Source of the DNA: a virus
DNA: 64,000 bases
IMG/VR virus record: IMGVR_UViG_3300043427_003402
Reading direction: 5' to 3' (one strand)
Of the stretch, positions 8,990 to 18,373 are shown in pieces (position 1 is the first letter of the stretch; the number at the start of each line of letters is the position of its first letter). The position numbers and the translations under genes are program-made. The notes under the pieces are model-generated. The model was given only the letters and a program-made list of their open reading frames with translations. It had not been told where the DNA came from and ran no database searches.

Positions 8990-11839
8990 ATGTCAACTAG
9001 CGATGATGCTTCAAAGACGGTTGTTACGACAGACCGTATGCGGATTGCGGAAGGTAATTTTTACCTAAAAGGTAAACCTTTTTCGCTTAACCAGCACCCG
9101 CCGTTCCGCGCTATATACCAAATTCAAGCGCCGAAGCTGGTTATATGCAGTGGGAGACAAGTTGGGAAGACCGGAGTAGGCAGCGCGCTCGTTGGCTCTT
9201 GGAACGGCTTACCTAAACGGCTGGACCAGATGCAAATAGGCGACCGGGTGATTGCTATGTCCCCACGCCACGCTTTAGTTGAGGGCGTTGTAACTGGCAC
9301 CGTAGCGTCCGGCGATAAGCTCTGCGTACGCATCACGACGCGTATGGGCCACGTATTGGACGTCGCGCTGACCCACCCGATTCGCAGACTGCGGGACTAT
9401 TTGCCGGCCGGTAAAATTTCCGTCGGCGATCGCATAGCCGCAGTCCGCAAGGGCGGCAGCTTTACAGGTAGCAGTGAATTTACCGATGCAGACGTGAAGC
9501 TGCTGGGTTACGGCTTAGGCGATGGGCATTTCACAAGGAATACAATTAGTTTTGTAAATACCAAACCGTCCGTTCTGGCGGACTTTGAAAGCGCGGCCGA
9601 AGCATTAGGCGGCAGCTGTAAACGGTACCCGAAAAAGGGTACGCCTGCTACAGACATACGTGTTCGCGTGACGCCTGCCATTACGCGGTTAATTGCGGAC
9701 TGCGGCTTAGCGGAAACACGCTCAGCCACCAAATTCGTTCCTGACGCTGTTTTCGACTTGAGCCGCGAAAAGACAGCCCTTTTTATTAACCGGCTGTGGT
9801 CCTGCGACGGCACAGTCAAGCAAAACCGCCCTGGCCAGTACGACATAAGCTACTGTTCTATTTCAGAGCGCCTTGTGCGCGGGCTTCAGGCGCTTCTCTG
9901 GAAATTTGGTGTACCGACCTCGTGCCGCACAAAAATTCCGCCTACCTACGAGGGCACTGATAAGAAAGCCTACATTTTGCGTGTCGAGACACAAGAGGGC
10001 GTGCGACGTTTCCTGACAGAGATCGGGGCGCTTGGAAAAAGCGAAAACGTACCGTTACCGGCAGTTAACAGCAACAATAATCGCGACACTGTCCCGCAAG
10101 AAGTTCAGCTGTTGCTCGACAACATTTTTACGCGCACCGACGCGAAGCGGCTCACCGCAAACCGTGGCCACCACACCACAAAAGGCGTACGGCCTACCGA
10201 TCAAGGTTTGCGCCGTAAGCTCAAGTACCCACCCACTCCTGATAAGCTACTCGCGTACGTAGCGTTTTTCACAGAGCTAGGTCTCACAGACGACCCGGAC
10301 GTAGAGCTATTGCGCGACATCGCGACTGGCGACGTGGTTTGGGACGAGGTCGTCTCGGTCAAACCTATCGGCTCGCACCCTTGTTTCGACATTGAAGTTG
10401 CCGAATACCATAATTACGTGCTGAACGGCGTGGTTACTCATAACAGCACGTTGGCGAGCACTTTCACGGTCGCTGACGCAGTGGGTAACCCGTTTTGGGA
10501 GTCTTTAACCGTCCACCCATCCCTCGCGCAGTCGCGTCGATTCTCTAACATGCGTATTGCGCCCATTATTGACCAATCCCCCGCCATAAAAAAATACTTT
10601 TTCGACACCACGTGCAGGCACAACACGTCCGAGCGCAGCCTCAAGAACAACGCCGTGATGTATTTCGGCGCGATGAGCCAGATGGAGAACCTTCGTGGTT
10701 TGTCCGCCAACTCGGTAAACGAGGACGAGGTGCAGGACATGGTAGGCGAAGAACTGGCGATCGTGGAAGAGGTCATGTCCGGTCAGCACTCCTCGAAGCG
10801 CTTTGTTGTACGGACAGGCACAGCAAAAACTGTCGGTAACATTCTGGAATCGACATTCCGCGAATCTACGATGAACGAATGGATCGTGCCTTGTCCCTCC
10901 GGGCACTGGAATATCCCTTCCGTAGAGAACATTGGCCCGCACGGCTTCATCTGCAAAAAATGTAAAAGCCTCTGTGACGTACGCCAAGGGAAATGGCGCG
11001 CTATGCGGAAGGCAGAGGATGTTGCGTGGGTGGGCTTCCGTATTCCTCAGATAATCTTGCCCACGCACACCGAAGACCCTGGTGCGTGGAAAGAAATAAA
11101 CCACAAGCTGCACCACACTGACCCAGTGCAGTTCTCTAATGAAGTCATGGGGCACGCTGCGGGCTCGGGTATCAGCATCCTGACTGAGGACCACTTAAAA
11201 GCCTGCTGCCAGCCGGAATACGATATGATCGAGGACTACATCCCCACAAACGACCGCTACTACGCAGTATTTGCGACCATCGACTGGGGCCTCACCGCAC
11301 GCAAGTCTTTCACTGTCGTAGGGGTGTGGGGCATCGCAGAGGACCACCGGATCAGACTGATTTACGCTAAGCGCTACCAAGAAACGGACGTGCTGAAACA
11401 AGTGGAAGACATCGGGCACATCTGTTTACGGTTTGCTGTGGATATGGTCTGCGCGGACTGGGGCGCGGGCATTACACAGAGCAGGTTGTTAGAGCAGCAG
11501 TTGAACCGCTCGGTGAACCGTATGATGTACGTCAGCGAGCAGCACGAGTTGATTCGGTGGGACCCGCGCGGCGAGGTGTACAAGGTCAACCGCACGCAGG
11601 CCATGACTGAGACTTTCGTAAAGATGCGCATGGGGAATTTTCATTTCCCGCGCTGGCCGGAATTTCAGAAGTTTGCAAAAGACATTCTTGTCGTATACGA
11701 GGAGCCACTGGACGACAGAAACTCGAACGATAAAATAAAATACGACCATCCGGAGGATAAGCCTGACGACTTCACGCACGTGTGCGTCGGCGCTGTTCTA
11801 GCTGTGCACCTACTCACAGGGCAAGTCCGCAGCCGCTAG
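8990..11839 (+). CDS. terL: Terminase large subunit (GpA-like) with intein
   Basis: Walker A GRQVGK|ST interrupted by the intein; Walker B NEDEVQD; RTGTAKT; CPSGH...CKKC Zn motif; nuclease IDWG and PDDFTH. ATG 8990 preferred because the track start (8846) overlaps the divergent gene. Confidence 0.88.
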   Translation: MSTSDDASKTVVTTDRMRIAEGNFYLKGKPFSLNQHPPFRAIYQIQAPKLVICSGRQVGKTGVGSALVGSWNGLPKRLDQMQIGDRVIAMSPRHALVEGVVTGTVASGDKLCVRITTRMGHVLDVALTHPIRRLRDYLPAGKISVGDRIAAVRKGGSFTGSSEFTDADVKLLGYGLGDGHFTRNTISFVNTKPSVLADFESAAEALGGSCKRYPKKGTPATDIRVRVTPAITRLIADCGLAETRSATKFVPDAVFDLSREKTALFINRLWSCDGTVKQNRPGQYDISYCSISERLVRGLQALLWKFGVPTSCRTKIPPTYEGTDKKAYILRVETQEGVRRFLTEIGALGKSENVPLPAVNSNNNRDTVPQEVQLLLDNIFTRTDAKRLTANRGHHTTKGVRPTDQGLRRKLKYPPTPDKLLAYVAFFTELGLTDDPDVELLRDIATGDVVWDEVVSVKPIGSHPCFDIEVAEYHNYVLNGVVTHNSTLASTFTVADAVGNPFWESLTVHPSLAQSRRFSNMRIAPIIDQSPAIKKYFFDTTCRHNTSERSLKNNAVMYFGAMSQMENLRGLSANSVNEDEVQDMVGEELAIVEEVMSGQHSSKRFVVRTGTAKTVGNILESTFRESTMNEWIVPCPSGHWNIPSVENIGPHGFICKKCKSLCDVRQGKWRAMRKAEDVAWVGFRIPQIILPTHTEDPGAWKEINHKLHHTDPVQFSNEVMGHAAGSGISILTEDHLKACCQPEYDMIEDYIPTNDRYYAVFATIDWGLTARKSFTVVGVWGIAEDHRIRLIYAKRYQETDVLKQVEDIGHICLRFAVDMVCADWGAGITQSRLLEQQLNRSVNRMMYVSEQHELIRWDPRGEVYKVNRTQAMTETFVKMRMGNFHFPRWPEFQKFAKDILVVYEEPLDDRNSNDKIKYDHPEDKPDDFTHVCVGAVLAVHLLTGQVRSR
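9170..10444 (+). mobile_element. LAGLIDADG (DOD) intein, 425 aa, in the terminase Walker A
   Basis: Ends YHNYVLNGVVTHN|S; LLGYGLGDG and LWSCDG homing motifs; excision restores GRQVGKST. Confidence 0.88.
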
Positions 11840-11983
11840 CTAGGTGTCGATAAACCACTCCCAGTCGCAATCTGCGCACACGGCCACGTAGGCAGACATG
11901 CCAGTTTCAGCGTCCGTTTCTGGAAACTCAAACAAGTCTACGCTCCCACATTCCGGGCAGCAGAGGCGGTCTTTTTTGATCAT
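11840..11983 (-). CDS. 47-aa Zn-ribbon protein
   Basis: Hand-translated: MIKKDRLCCPECGSVDLFEFPETDAETGMSAYVAVCADCDWEWFIDT; CPEC...CADC; stop abuts the terminase stop. Confidence 0.65.
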   Translation of the reverse strand: MIKKDRLCCPECGSVDLFEFPETDAETGMSAYVAVCADCDWEWFIDT

Positions 11984-12031
11984 TGGACGGCAGGCGCTCC
12001 AAACTACGAACTAAACGGGCTCCCGCATCAG

Positions 12032-12056
12032 TTATCTACCCTGCACGTAGATAATT
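12032..12056. promoter_or_regulatory. Palindromic divergent promoter/operator
   Basis: TTATCTAC-N7-GTAGATAA gives GATAATT on + and GATAACT on -, between divergent genes. Confidence 0.5.
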
Positions 12057-12101
12057 TCTACAGGTTTTACGGGCCCATACTTATACACGGGAGTCAGCTA
12101 A

Positions 12102-12818
12102 ATGCAAGAAGCCGAGCGCCGAATCGCAACTGGTGCATATTTTGCCAAGGTTGCGGCGCGTATAAAGACCGCGAGCGGCGGGCCTATGGGATTCGCTTGG
12201 ATAGGCGACGCGCCAGAAATTGGCCGCGCGTACCCTAACGAAAAGCTCGAAGCTGACTTTCAAATGCAGCACCCAATTATGTCCACTCTGCACCCCGGCG
12301 TGTACGGCGGCGCAGCTGTAGGCGGATTGGCGGGCTACGCCGCCCGTGGGCTACCTGGCGCAGCGGCTGGCGCGTCAATAGGCTTGCTCGCTGGCTCGCT
12401 TGGCGAAGGTGCGTTGCGGTACAGGCATTTGATGAACGCGCGCGAGCGCATGCTGGCGGGTAAAAATCCGGTCGACCCTAATTTGTCGCTGGACCAGTTC
12501 GGAAAGCACGCTAGCTTAGAGATGATCTCGGTCGTACCTTCTATGGGTGGGCACTTTGCCGACCATCGACTTGAGCAAGACTACGTTATGAAGCACCCTA
12601 CAACGTCTACGCTGCACCCCGGTATTTATCTGGGCGCCGCGGGCGGTGCTGCGCTAGGCGCGCTTCGCGGGCACGCGGCCACCGGCTTGCTACTCGGCGG
12701 GTCCGCCGGCATGCTGGCTGAAGGGGTGATGCGCGCGAATTACTTACTTGACGCTCGGCGTAAACTGCTGGCCAAGCAAAACCCCGTCGACACTCGGTTT
12801 TCTTTTAGCCAGTTTTAA
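12102..12818 (+). CDS. Two-repeat glycine-zipper virion polyprotein
   Basis: Duplicated unit LE.D..M.HP..STLHPG.Y.GAA.G...G.LAEG.R...L.AR..L.A.NPVD..S..QF; units preceded by KTAS and KHAS. Confidence 0.75.
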   Translation: MQEAERRIATGAYFAKVAARIKTASGGPMGFAWIGDAPEIGRAYPNEKLEADFQMQHPIMSTLHPGVYGGAAVGGLAGYAARGLPGAAAGASIGLLAGSLGEGALRYRHLMNARERMLAGKNPVDPNLSLDQFGKHASLEMISVVPSMGGHFADHRLEQDYVMKHPTTSTLHPGIYLGAAGGAALGALRGHAATGLLLGGSAGMLAEGVMRANYLLDARRKLLAKQNPVDTRFSFSQF

Positions 12819-12825
12819 TGGGCGC

Positions 12826-13968
12826 ATGCACAACTTCGATTTTCTCGAGTTCGATCCCAACCTCGTGCTGCCGACTGCACCGCCGAAGAGTAGCTACATT
12901 CGGTCGTTAGACACGTTTGTGGCGCTGACGCAGCGCTTTGCGGATGAGTGGAAGCTGGATGTGGTCCAGGATACTGAGGCGGCCGAACAGTTAAAGGTCG
13001 GCTACTACCCGGACAAAGCTTCGTTTGAGCCGTACGTCACGCATGGATTTTACGAGCGGTTACCCGCCGCGCACGGGTTGACTTTTCCTTATACACGTGA
13101 CGGGACCGTCACCATGCTCGTTATTAGCGAGATGTTGAACGAAACCGAGTTAGCCCAAGACACTCGTACTTACCTCTATGGGCAAGGCTACAACTTTTAT
13201 AGCCGTCAGGGGATATTTGGCGTCCACCGACTGCGCGGCAAGGGTCGTCGCGAGGTAGTGCTCACCGATAACGAGCTAGAGGTGTGTCGCACACCGAACG
13301 CTGTCGCCGTACAAGAGCTATGCGATTACTCCTTGAATTTGCTGGACCGCCGGGCCAAGCATATCGTGCTGCTAAGCGACAACCGAAACTGGTTAACGAA
13401 AATGATGAAGCTCAGCAAACTAGGCTTTGATATTTCGGTCGATAGCCAGCACGTACTGGAGTACGTTGCCAAGCAAATCAGTGACTTGGCGTTGTCGGGT
13501 ATTTCTGAGGCTAAGCTGGCGCGTAAAGCAGCGAAACTCCTGCGCTGCCTAACCGAGGTAGAGCAGACCGCCGTAGTTTCGGCTGTTGCCAAGTTCACCG
13601 GCGTAAGGGTGCCGACAGCCCTCGTGCGCGTCGATCGGCCCGACTACATCTCGGAGACGGCGTACTACGAGCAGGTAAAGTCGGTGCTGTTCACAGAAAT
13701 TACCCACGCTACGTTGACGCGCGACGTGGTGCTTCTAGGGTTAAAATCGGGCGCTGAGCAGCGGCTGCCGATTCAACCGAGCGCCGTGGCTGCCGTTATC
13801 TGCCCGCTGTTCGACGTGAAAGAGGACTTGGTTCAATGGTCCTATAACTACTTTAACGGGATACCGAAATCAGTCAGCGAGGCTGGCCCGAGCCGCTGGG
13901 CGCATAACTTAGCCATTGCGGAGCTGATACTGTCTATTTTAACCCGTCACGCAGATATTTTGGAGTAA
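12826..13968 (+). CDS. Degenerate DnaG primase-like (TOPRIM) protein
   Basis: KVGYYP, LTFPY.RDG, IFGVH, EVVLTDNELEV, AVAV, LL.RRAKHIVLLSDN follow DnaG motif order but lack the EG and DxD catalytic motifs. Confidence 0.5.
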   Translation: MHNFDFLEFDPNLVLPTAPPKSSYIRSLDTFVALTQRFADEWKLDVVQDTEAAEQLKVGYYPDKASFEPYVTHGFYERLPAAHGLTFPYTRDGTVTMLVISEMLNETELAQDTRTYLYGQGYNFYSRQGIFGVHRLRGKGRREVVLTDNELEVCRTPNAVAVQELCDYSLNLLDRRAKHIVLLSDNRNWLTKMMKLSKLGFDISVDSQHVLEYVAKQISDLALSGISEAKLARKAAKLLRCLTEVEQTAVVSAVAKFTGVRVPTALVRVDRPDYISETAYYEQVKSVLFTEITHATLTRDVVLLGLKSGAEQRLPIQPSAVAAVICPLFDVKEDLVQWSYNYFNGIPKSVSEAGPSRWAHNLAIAELILSILTRHADILE

Positions 13969-13971
13969 CAA

Positions 13972-14478
13972 ATGTCGGCATATAAAATGTATTTAGAGAC
14001 GCAAAAGTCTGCGAATATGCTTTCCACGATCGGCAACGCGCACACCACCGTGATGAACCCTGCAATGGCTGGCGGCGTCATAAACGCGCTCGGTTCAGGG
14101 CTTAAGAGCCTTGGTGGGTTTATTAAGGGTAAAACGACGGCTGGCGCGCGGCATGCTACCGGTAATTTTTTAGAGCGCGCAGGTAAAGGCTCCGAAAAAT
14201 TGGGCGAGTACACTTCCGATGTGGCGCACGGTATCCTGAACGCCGGCCCCGGAATCGAATACGACGCGTCGAAGCTGCCGTCGTTGATGGGTTTTGAGCA
14301 ACGCATCGGGACAGGTAAAAAAACAAAACTTACGGCGCAGCGCGGGCTTCTGTGGGCGGGCGGCGCCGTAGGTGCCGGAGAGGCCGCGGGCGCGCTGATG
14401 AAAGCTTTCAAGGGGCCCGAAAAGCAGGCCCGGGAAGACGCGGCGGCGCTGATCGCGTTCTGGGAGAATTCTGTATGA
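13972..14478 (+). CDS. Gly-rich virion protein with leader MSAYKMYLETQKSA
   Basis: 168 aa, SD GGAG, C-terminal glycine zipper. Confidence 0.65.
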   Translation: MSAYKMYLETQKSANMLSTIGNAHTTVMNPAMAGGVINALGSGLKSLGGFIKGKTTAGARHATGNFLERAGKGSEKLGEYTSDVAHGILNAGPGIEYDASKLPSLMGFEQRIGTGKKTKLTAQRGLLWAGGAVGAGEAAGALMKAFKGPEKQAREDAAALIAFWENSV

Positions 14479-14948
14479 GTATGTTCAGGGTGTTTCAATT
14501 GCAGCTGCGCAACATGGCGGCAGCGGCAGACAAATTCTTGCGGATGTCGCGCGAATCTTATCACGCCAACTTGGCGCTGATCGACGTGCTTAGCGAAAAG
14601 CGCTACGAGTATTTCGGGCTAGGCGAGGACATTCTGAGCAAGTCGCCGGAAGTAATCACCGAGAACGGAAAGCTGAGCGTAGCGCTTACCGCCCCAGGGC
14701 CCGGTACCGTAGTATTTCACACACGCACTGCGGCTTATGCGGTCTTGAACACCCGTGTGCTGCTGGAAGGAAAAGGCGTCTCATGGCAGTTAAAGAAGAC
14801 CTACGGCGCCTCAGCTGCGCAGCCGCCGGTGTTCTTCTCTAGCGGTCAGCTTCCGTTGCTGTCGGACAACATACAGCTAATCGTAGCCATACAGCCCGGT
14901 GGCGAGTTTACCGCTGCGGCTGTGCTGCAAGAAATCACCATGCTGTAG
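14475..14948 (+). CDS. Hypothetical protein (MSMFRVFQ...)
   Basis: ATGA overlap with the upstream stop. Confidence 0.6.
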   Translation: MSMFRVFQLQLRNMAAAADKFLRMSRESYHANLALIDVLSEKRYEYFGLGEDILSKSPEVITENGKLSVALTAPGPGTVVFHTRTAAYAVLNTRVLLEGKGVSWQLKKTYGASAAQPPVFFSSGQLPLLSDNIQLIVAIQPGGEFTAAAVLQEITML

Positions 14949-14993
14949 GGGCAGCGCTATAATTACTAAGAGCGCGCCCGAGCGGAGGTTGGC

Positions 14994-15455
14994 ATGGCAA
15001 TTCGCGTAAAGCAGATCATTTTTGATGAAGACATCAATATCTCTGGCTTTAATTTGACGGGCCTGCGCCGGTTCATTTTTACAGAGCTGCCCGACGGTAC
15101 AAGCCCGCTTCCGAACGAGATTTTATACGCAGACGACACGTTGAAAGTGGATCGGCTGCTGGTTGTATCCCGGCTGCAAGCAGGCGCTGGGAATACGGCG
15201 TTGTTCATCCGCCGCGCAATCGAGGCCGTGCTGGATACCCGAAACGTCACGTGGGCGTATGACTCCGCAAATCGAGTAACGCAGCTGCAGGAGCGCGACG
15301 GAGCCAACCCCGTCAAAACGTTGAGCTTCACGTATGACAGTTTGAACCGTGTCGCGACCGCAACCGAAATCACACTTGCCGGTACGCTTATTAGCACTTA
15401 CACTTACGTAGGCGCTAGTTTTGACATCGCCACAGTAACTAGGACGGTCAGTTAG
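14994..15455 (+). CDS. Small YD-repeat protein
   Basis: WAYDSANRVTQ, FTYDSLNRVAT, YTYVG; SD GGAGG; TATAATT at 14958. Confidence 0.65.
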   Translation: MAIRVKQIIFDEDINISGFNLTGLRRFIFTELPDGTSPLPNEILYADDTLKVDRLLVVSRLQAGAGNTALFIRRAIEAVLDTRNVTWAYDSANRVTQLQERDGANPVKTLSFTYDSLNRVATATEITLAGTLISTYTYVGASFDIATVTRTVS

Positions 15456-15456
15456 C

Positions 15457-16413
15457 ATGAGCGATCAACTTGTAGCACTTCTAAACCTGCGCCAGCGTAT
15501 TTCGACGCTTGGTTCCGGTGGCGGCGGAGGTGGCGGTGACGTCACAGTCGCCCAATTCAACGCGCTGCGAAATGCCGTGGCGCAGTTGGACCTACTCACG
15601 CCGCGCGTGAAAATCCACCCGATTCAAACCGCGACGGAAGGGCAGACCGTGTTCACGCTCCCGGACCCGTTCTCAGTTAGCACCGGGCAGCTCTTCGTTT
15701 ACTCCGGCGGGGTTCTAGTCGATACCTACACCCTCACTTCACCCACTGAAATTACGTTCACCTCTGGGCGAGAGGACGGGGAGAAGATACGCGTCGTCGA
15801 AGTGCAGCTGGGCTCAGATACCGGTACCACTGTGGTTGACGGTATAACTGCAACGGGCTCTGTAACGTCCGCGGACTTTGAGGCGCTTGTAGCCGCTGTC
15901 GCGCTGTTGGATCGGCTCACTGCCCGCGTCAAGACATTCTCGTTCTCAGCTACTGCTGGGCAGACCGTCTTCACCTTGCCCGAGACATACGAAGTCGGCC
16001 AGAACGCGTTACTGGTTTTTTCAGGCGGCGTGCTAGTGGACACTTACACTGAGACGTCCCCCGCACAAATTACATTCACTTCTGCCAGGGAGCTAGGGGA
16101 AAATATCCAGATTATAAAGGTGCAGCTTGGCGCTGCGGCCGGCGTAACCGTCGTCGACGGGTTTACGCTCGGGCCTGCAATTACAGCCGAGACGCCTACT
16201 GGGCTCATAACCAGCACCGACGGCACAAATGGTAATGGTACGTTTACTGTCGCCTTCCCTGTGGACGCGGCGATTACTCCGCGCGTGCTGGTCAGCGGCC
16301 TAGAGCTTTCGCCTGTAATGTTCTCGCGTACTGGGCAGACGTTCGTCGTTAACGCCCCGTATAAGCCTGTAATCGGCGAAACCGTCAGCATTCTCTACAA
16401 ACGGAGTTCGTAA
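15457..16413 (+). CDS. Virion structural/fibre protein with a duplicated beta module
   Basis: Two copies of AT.GQTVFTLP...SGGVLVDTYT.TSP..ITFTS.RE.GE.I....VQLG, plus a third diverged module. Confidence 0.7.
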   Translation: MSDQLVALLNLRQRISTLGSGGGGGGGDVTVAQFNALRNAVAQLDLLTPRVKIHPIQTATEGQTVFTLPDPFSVSTGQLFVYSGGVLVDTYTLTSPTEITFTSGREDGEKIRVVEVQLGSDTGTTVVDGITATGSVTSADFEALVAAVALLDRLTARVKTFSFSATAGQTVFTLPETYEVGQNALLVFSGGVLVDTYTETSPAQITFTSARELGENIQIIKVQLGAAAGVTVVDGFTLGPAITAETPTGLITSTDGTNGNGTFTVAFPVDAAITPRVLVSGLELSPVMFSRTGQTFVVNAPYKPVIGETVSILYKRSS

Positions 16414-16414
16414 C

Positions 16415-17239
16415 GTGAACAAGAACAACCTGCTGTTTTACTTAGGTCAGTTTTCGAGAATGGGTGACGTCGCCGGCGGTATTTCTGCAGTGCTAGGCGT
16501 GTGCGATCAATTCGACGTCATTGTGGCGCGGCGACAGTTGGCGCCCGAGGAATCGAAAGCCATGCGGTCTGTGATCGCCGGGTGGCGGATTAGCAATCCT
16601 GCCAGCAAGTTCTTCGCATACACCTCTTTGGGTGCCTCGCTCGATCTAGCTGCTTGGGTGGCGGAGGTGGAAGCCAACATGGCAGAGTTTGGTACTGCAC
16701 TGACCGGCATCTTTATTGATAACTTCGGCTTCGACTCAGCGCTTAGCACCCGTACAAACCAGAACGCCGCTGTTGAGTTTTGTCACGACCGCGGACTCGC
16801 TGTGTTCGTACGCGCCAAGAACGTGATTGATGTATTTGACACGATTAGCAGCCCGATTACGCCGGCGATCGGTCGGTTGCCTACGATCAAAGACGCCGTG
16901 CTGTTGACCGACTTTTACCAGATTAACTCAAGTGACCACGCGCCCGCCTCAGAGCCGCAAGCCAGCGTCATCGGTAGGCTGCAGTTTAGCTTGCAAGCTC
17001 GGACCGACCGCAGCGCGTGGCCCAATACGAATTTGAACCTAGAGTTCGGCGCAATTATCGGTGCGGGGCTGCTCAGTGAGATCGACCTTCGGAATGTATG
17101 GGTGCCGGCGGCTAACGCCACTCAGCAGTATAAAGTGGAGTATCTGGGCGTCGTTCCTTCGGATGAAAGCGCGAGCACGAATAAGTTTTTCATCCGCAAC
17201 ATCGCTAACCAGTTTGTCTACGCCCCACCTGCGCCCTAA
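16415..17239 (+). CDS. TIM-barrel glycoside-hydrolase-like protein
   Basis: FFAYTSLG, GIFIDNFGFD, QNAAVEFCHDRGLAVFV resemble GH114/Sph3-type barrels; GTG start. Confidence 0.45.
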   Translation: MNKNNLLFYLGQFSRMGDVAGGISAVLGVCDQFDVIVARRQLAPEESKAMRSVIAGWRISNPASKFFAYTSLGASLDLAAWVAEVEANMAEFGTALTGIFIDNFGFDSALSTRTNQNAAVEFCHDRGLAVFVRAKNVIDVFDTISSPITPAIGRLPTIKDAVLLTDFYQINSSDHAPASEPQASVIGRLQFSLQARTDRSAWPNTNLNLEFGAIIGAGLLSEIDLRNVWVPAANATQQYKVEYLGVVPSDESASTNKFFIRNIANQFVYAPPAP

Positions 17240-17631
17240 AGCTCGAAGCGCAGGTTGTCCCAAGCCCGTTTCAGCTCGCGACGCGTTAGCTGTTGGCCCT
17301 CAACCGGTCTTACCAGTTTGCGCTGCTGAAACCGGGCCAGTTCAGTTTTAAATACTTCTAACCGTGCCTGCTTACCGCTTTTCTGCTGCTCGCCGTCTTC
17401 AATCTGGGATTGTAGCGCGCGCAAGATAACGCCTTCGGGGATCATATCCGCACGGCGCTTACGGGCTAACGCCGCGGCAGAGCGGCAGTCTTCACAGATT
17501 AAAAGCCACTTCTTTCCGCGTGCGGCAGCGCCTTTACGGCGGTCGAACCAACCCTTACAGCGCGTGCACATACCTAAGTTGCCCGTTCCTGGCTCAGCAA
17601 CTCGGTGGGCCGGCCGTTTGCGTCTAGGCAT
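17236..17631 (-). CDS. Basic Zn-finger protein
   Basis: CTRC...CEDC; R/K-rich; ATG 17631 overlaps the upstream stop. Confidence 0.55.
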   Translation of the reverse strand: MPRRKRPAHRVAEPGTGNLGMCTRCKGWFDRRKGAAARGKKWLLICEDCRSAAALARKRRADMIPEGVILRALQSQIEDGEQQKSGKQARLEVFKTELARFQQRKLVRPVEGQQLTRRELKRAWDNLRFEL

Positions 17632-18373
17632 CGTCTGCCCCTGGTACATTTATGCGCTGAATGATTCGTGCAGCGTTGGCGCGGATCAAGAGCAGAATCT
17701 TTTTAATGACCAAAGGGTCTTGCCGTACGCGGAAGGCAGGGATCGTCAACACCTGTAAATTCAACGTGCACTCGAACAGGTCGTCATACTCCTCAGTTAG
17801 TACCGGGCCGTTCAAATCAGGGTACCCTACGTACTGAAGGTTAAAAGCTTGCTGTATGTCTAGGCGGCTAGCGATGAGCGCGCCGCGTATGCGCTGAGCC
17901 AGCAGGGTCGCGCGTAACGAATCGCGGTCAAGCACCTGAATTTGGTAGATCAAGGTTTCGCGCACGGCCCGTCGGTCGTCTTGCGGGGCGTCTGCACCCG
18001 CCATCTTGACGGCGTCTCGCATCGCATGGGTCTCTGCCTGCGCGCGCCCAAACTTTACGACGATTAAAGGCCGCTTATCCCGAGCGGCCATTTCGTTGCG
18101 CCGAAGGTCTTTTGCAATCAGCACCGCGGAGCGCTCCGGATCCTCGGGGAAATAAATAAAATCGTCATCAGTCATGAACCGGTGCTCGATCACGCTGAGG
18201 ATGCCACTCTGCACGAGAAGCGGCAGAAACTCGTAATTGGTTGAGGCGATTGCGCTCAGGTGCGACATCAAGGTCGCAACGGACGCCTGCGCAAACTCGT
18301 TAGGGTCGTTGTTTATTGCAAGCGGGTCGTTGCCGTTAGGGTCGGGGTAACCTGCGAATGGCTCGATCGACAT
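17624..18373 (-). CDS. Putative tail terminator/neck protein
   Basis: 249 aa; KRPLIVVK and YQIQVLDRDSLRATLLAQRI resemble tail-completion proteins. Confidence 0.4.
   Translation of the reverse strand: MSIEPFAGYPDPNGNDPLAINNDPNEFAQASVATLMSHLSAIASTNYEFLPLLVQSGILSVIEHRFMTDDDFIYFPEDPERSAVLIAKDLRRNEMAARDKRPLIVVKFGRAQAETHAMRDAVKMAGADAPQDDRRAVRETLIYQIQVLDRDSLRATLLAQRIRGALIASRLDIQQAFNLQYVGYPDLNGPVLTEEYDDLFECTLNLQVLTIPAFRVRQDPLVIKKILLLIRANAARIIQRINVPGADDA

Noticed and set aside
14994-15455. RHS polymorphic toxin system
   Set aside because: Only two or three YD repeats; no RHS core (DPxG) or toxin/immunity pair
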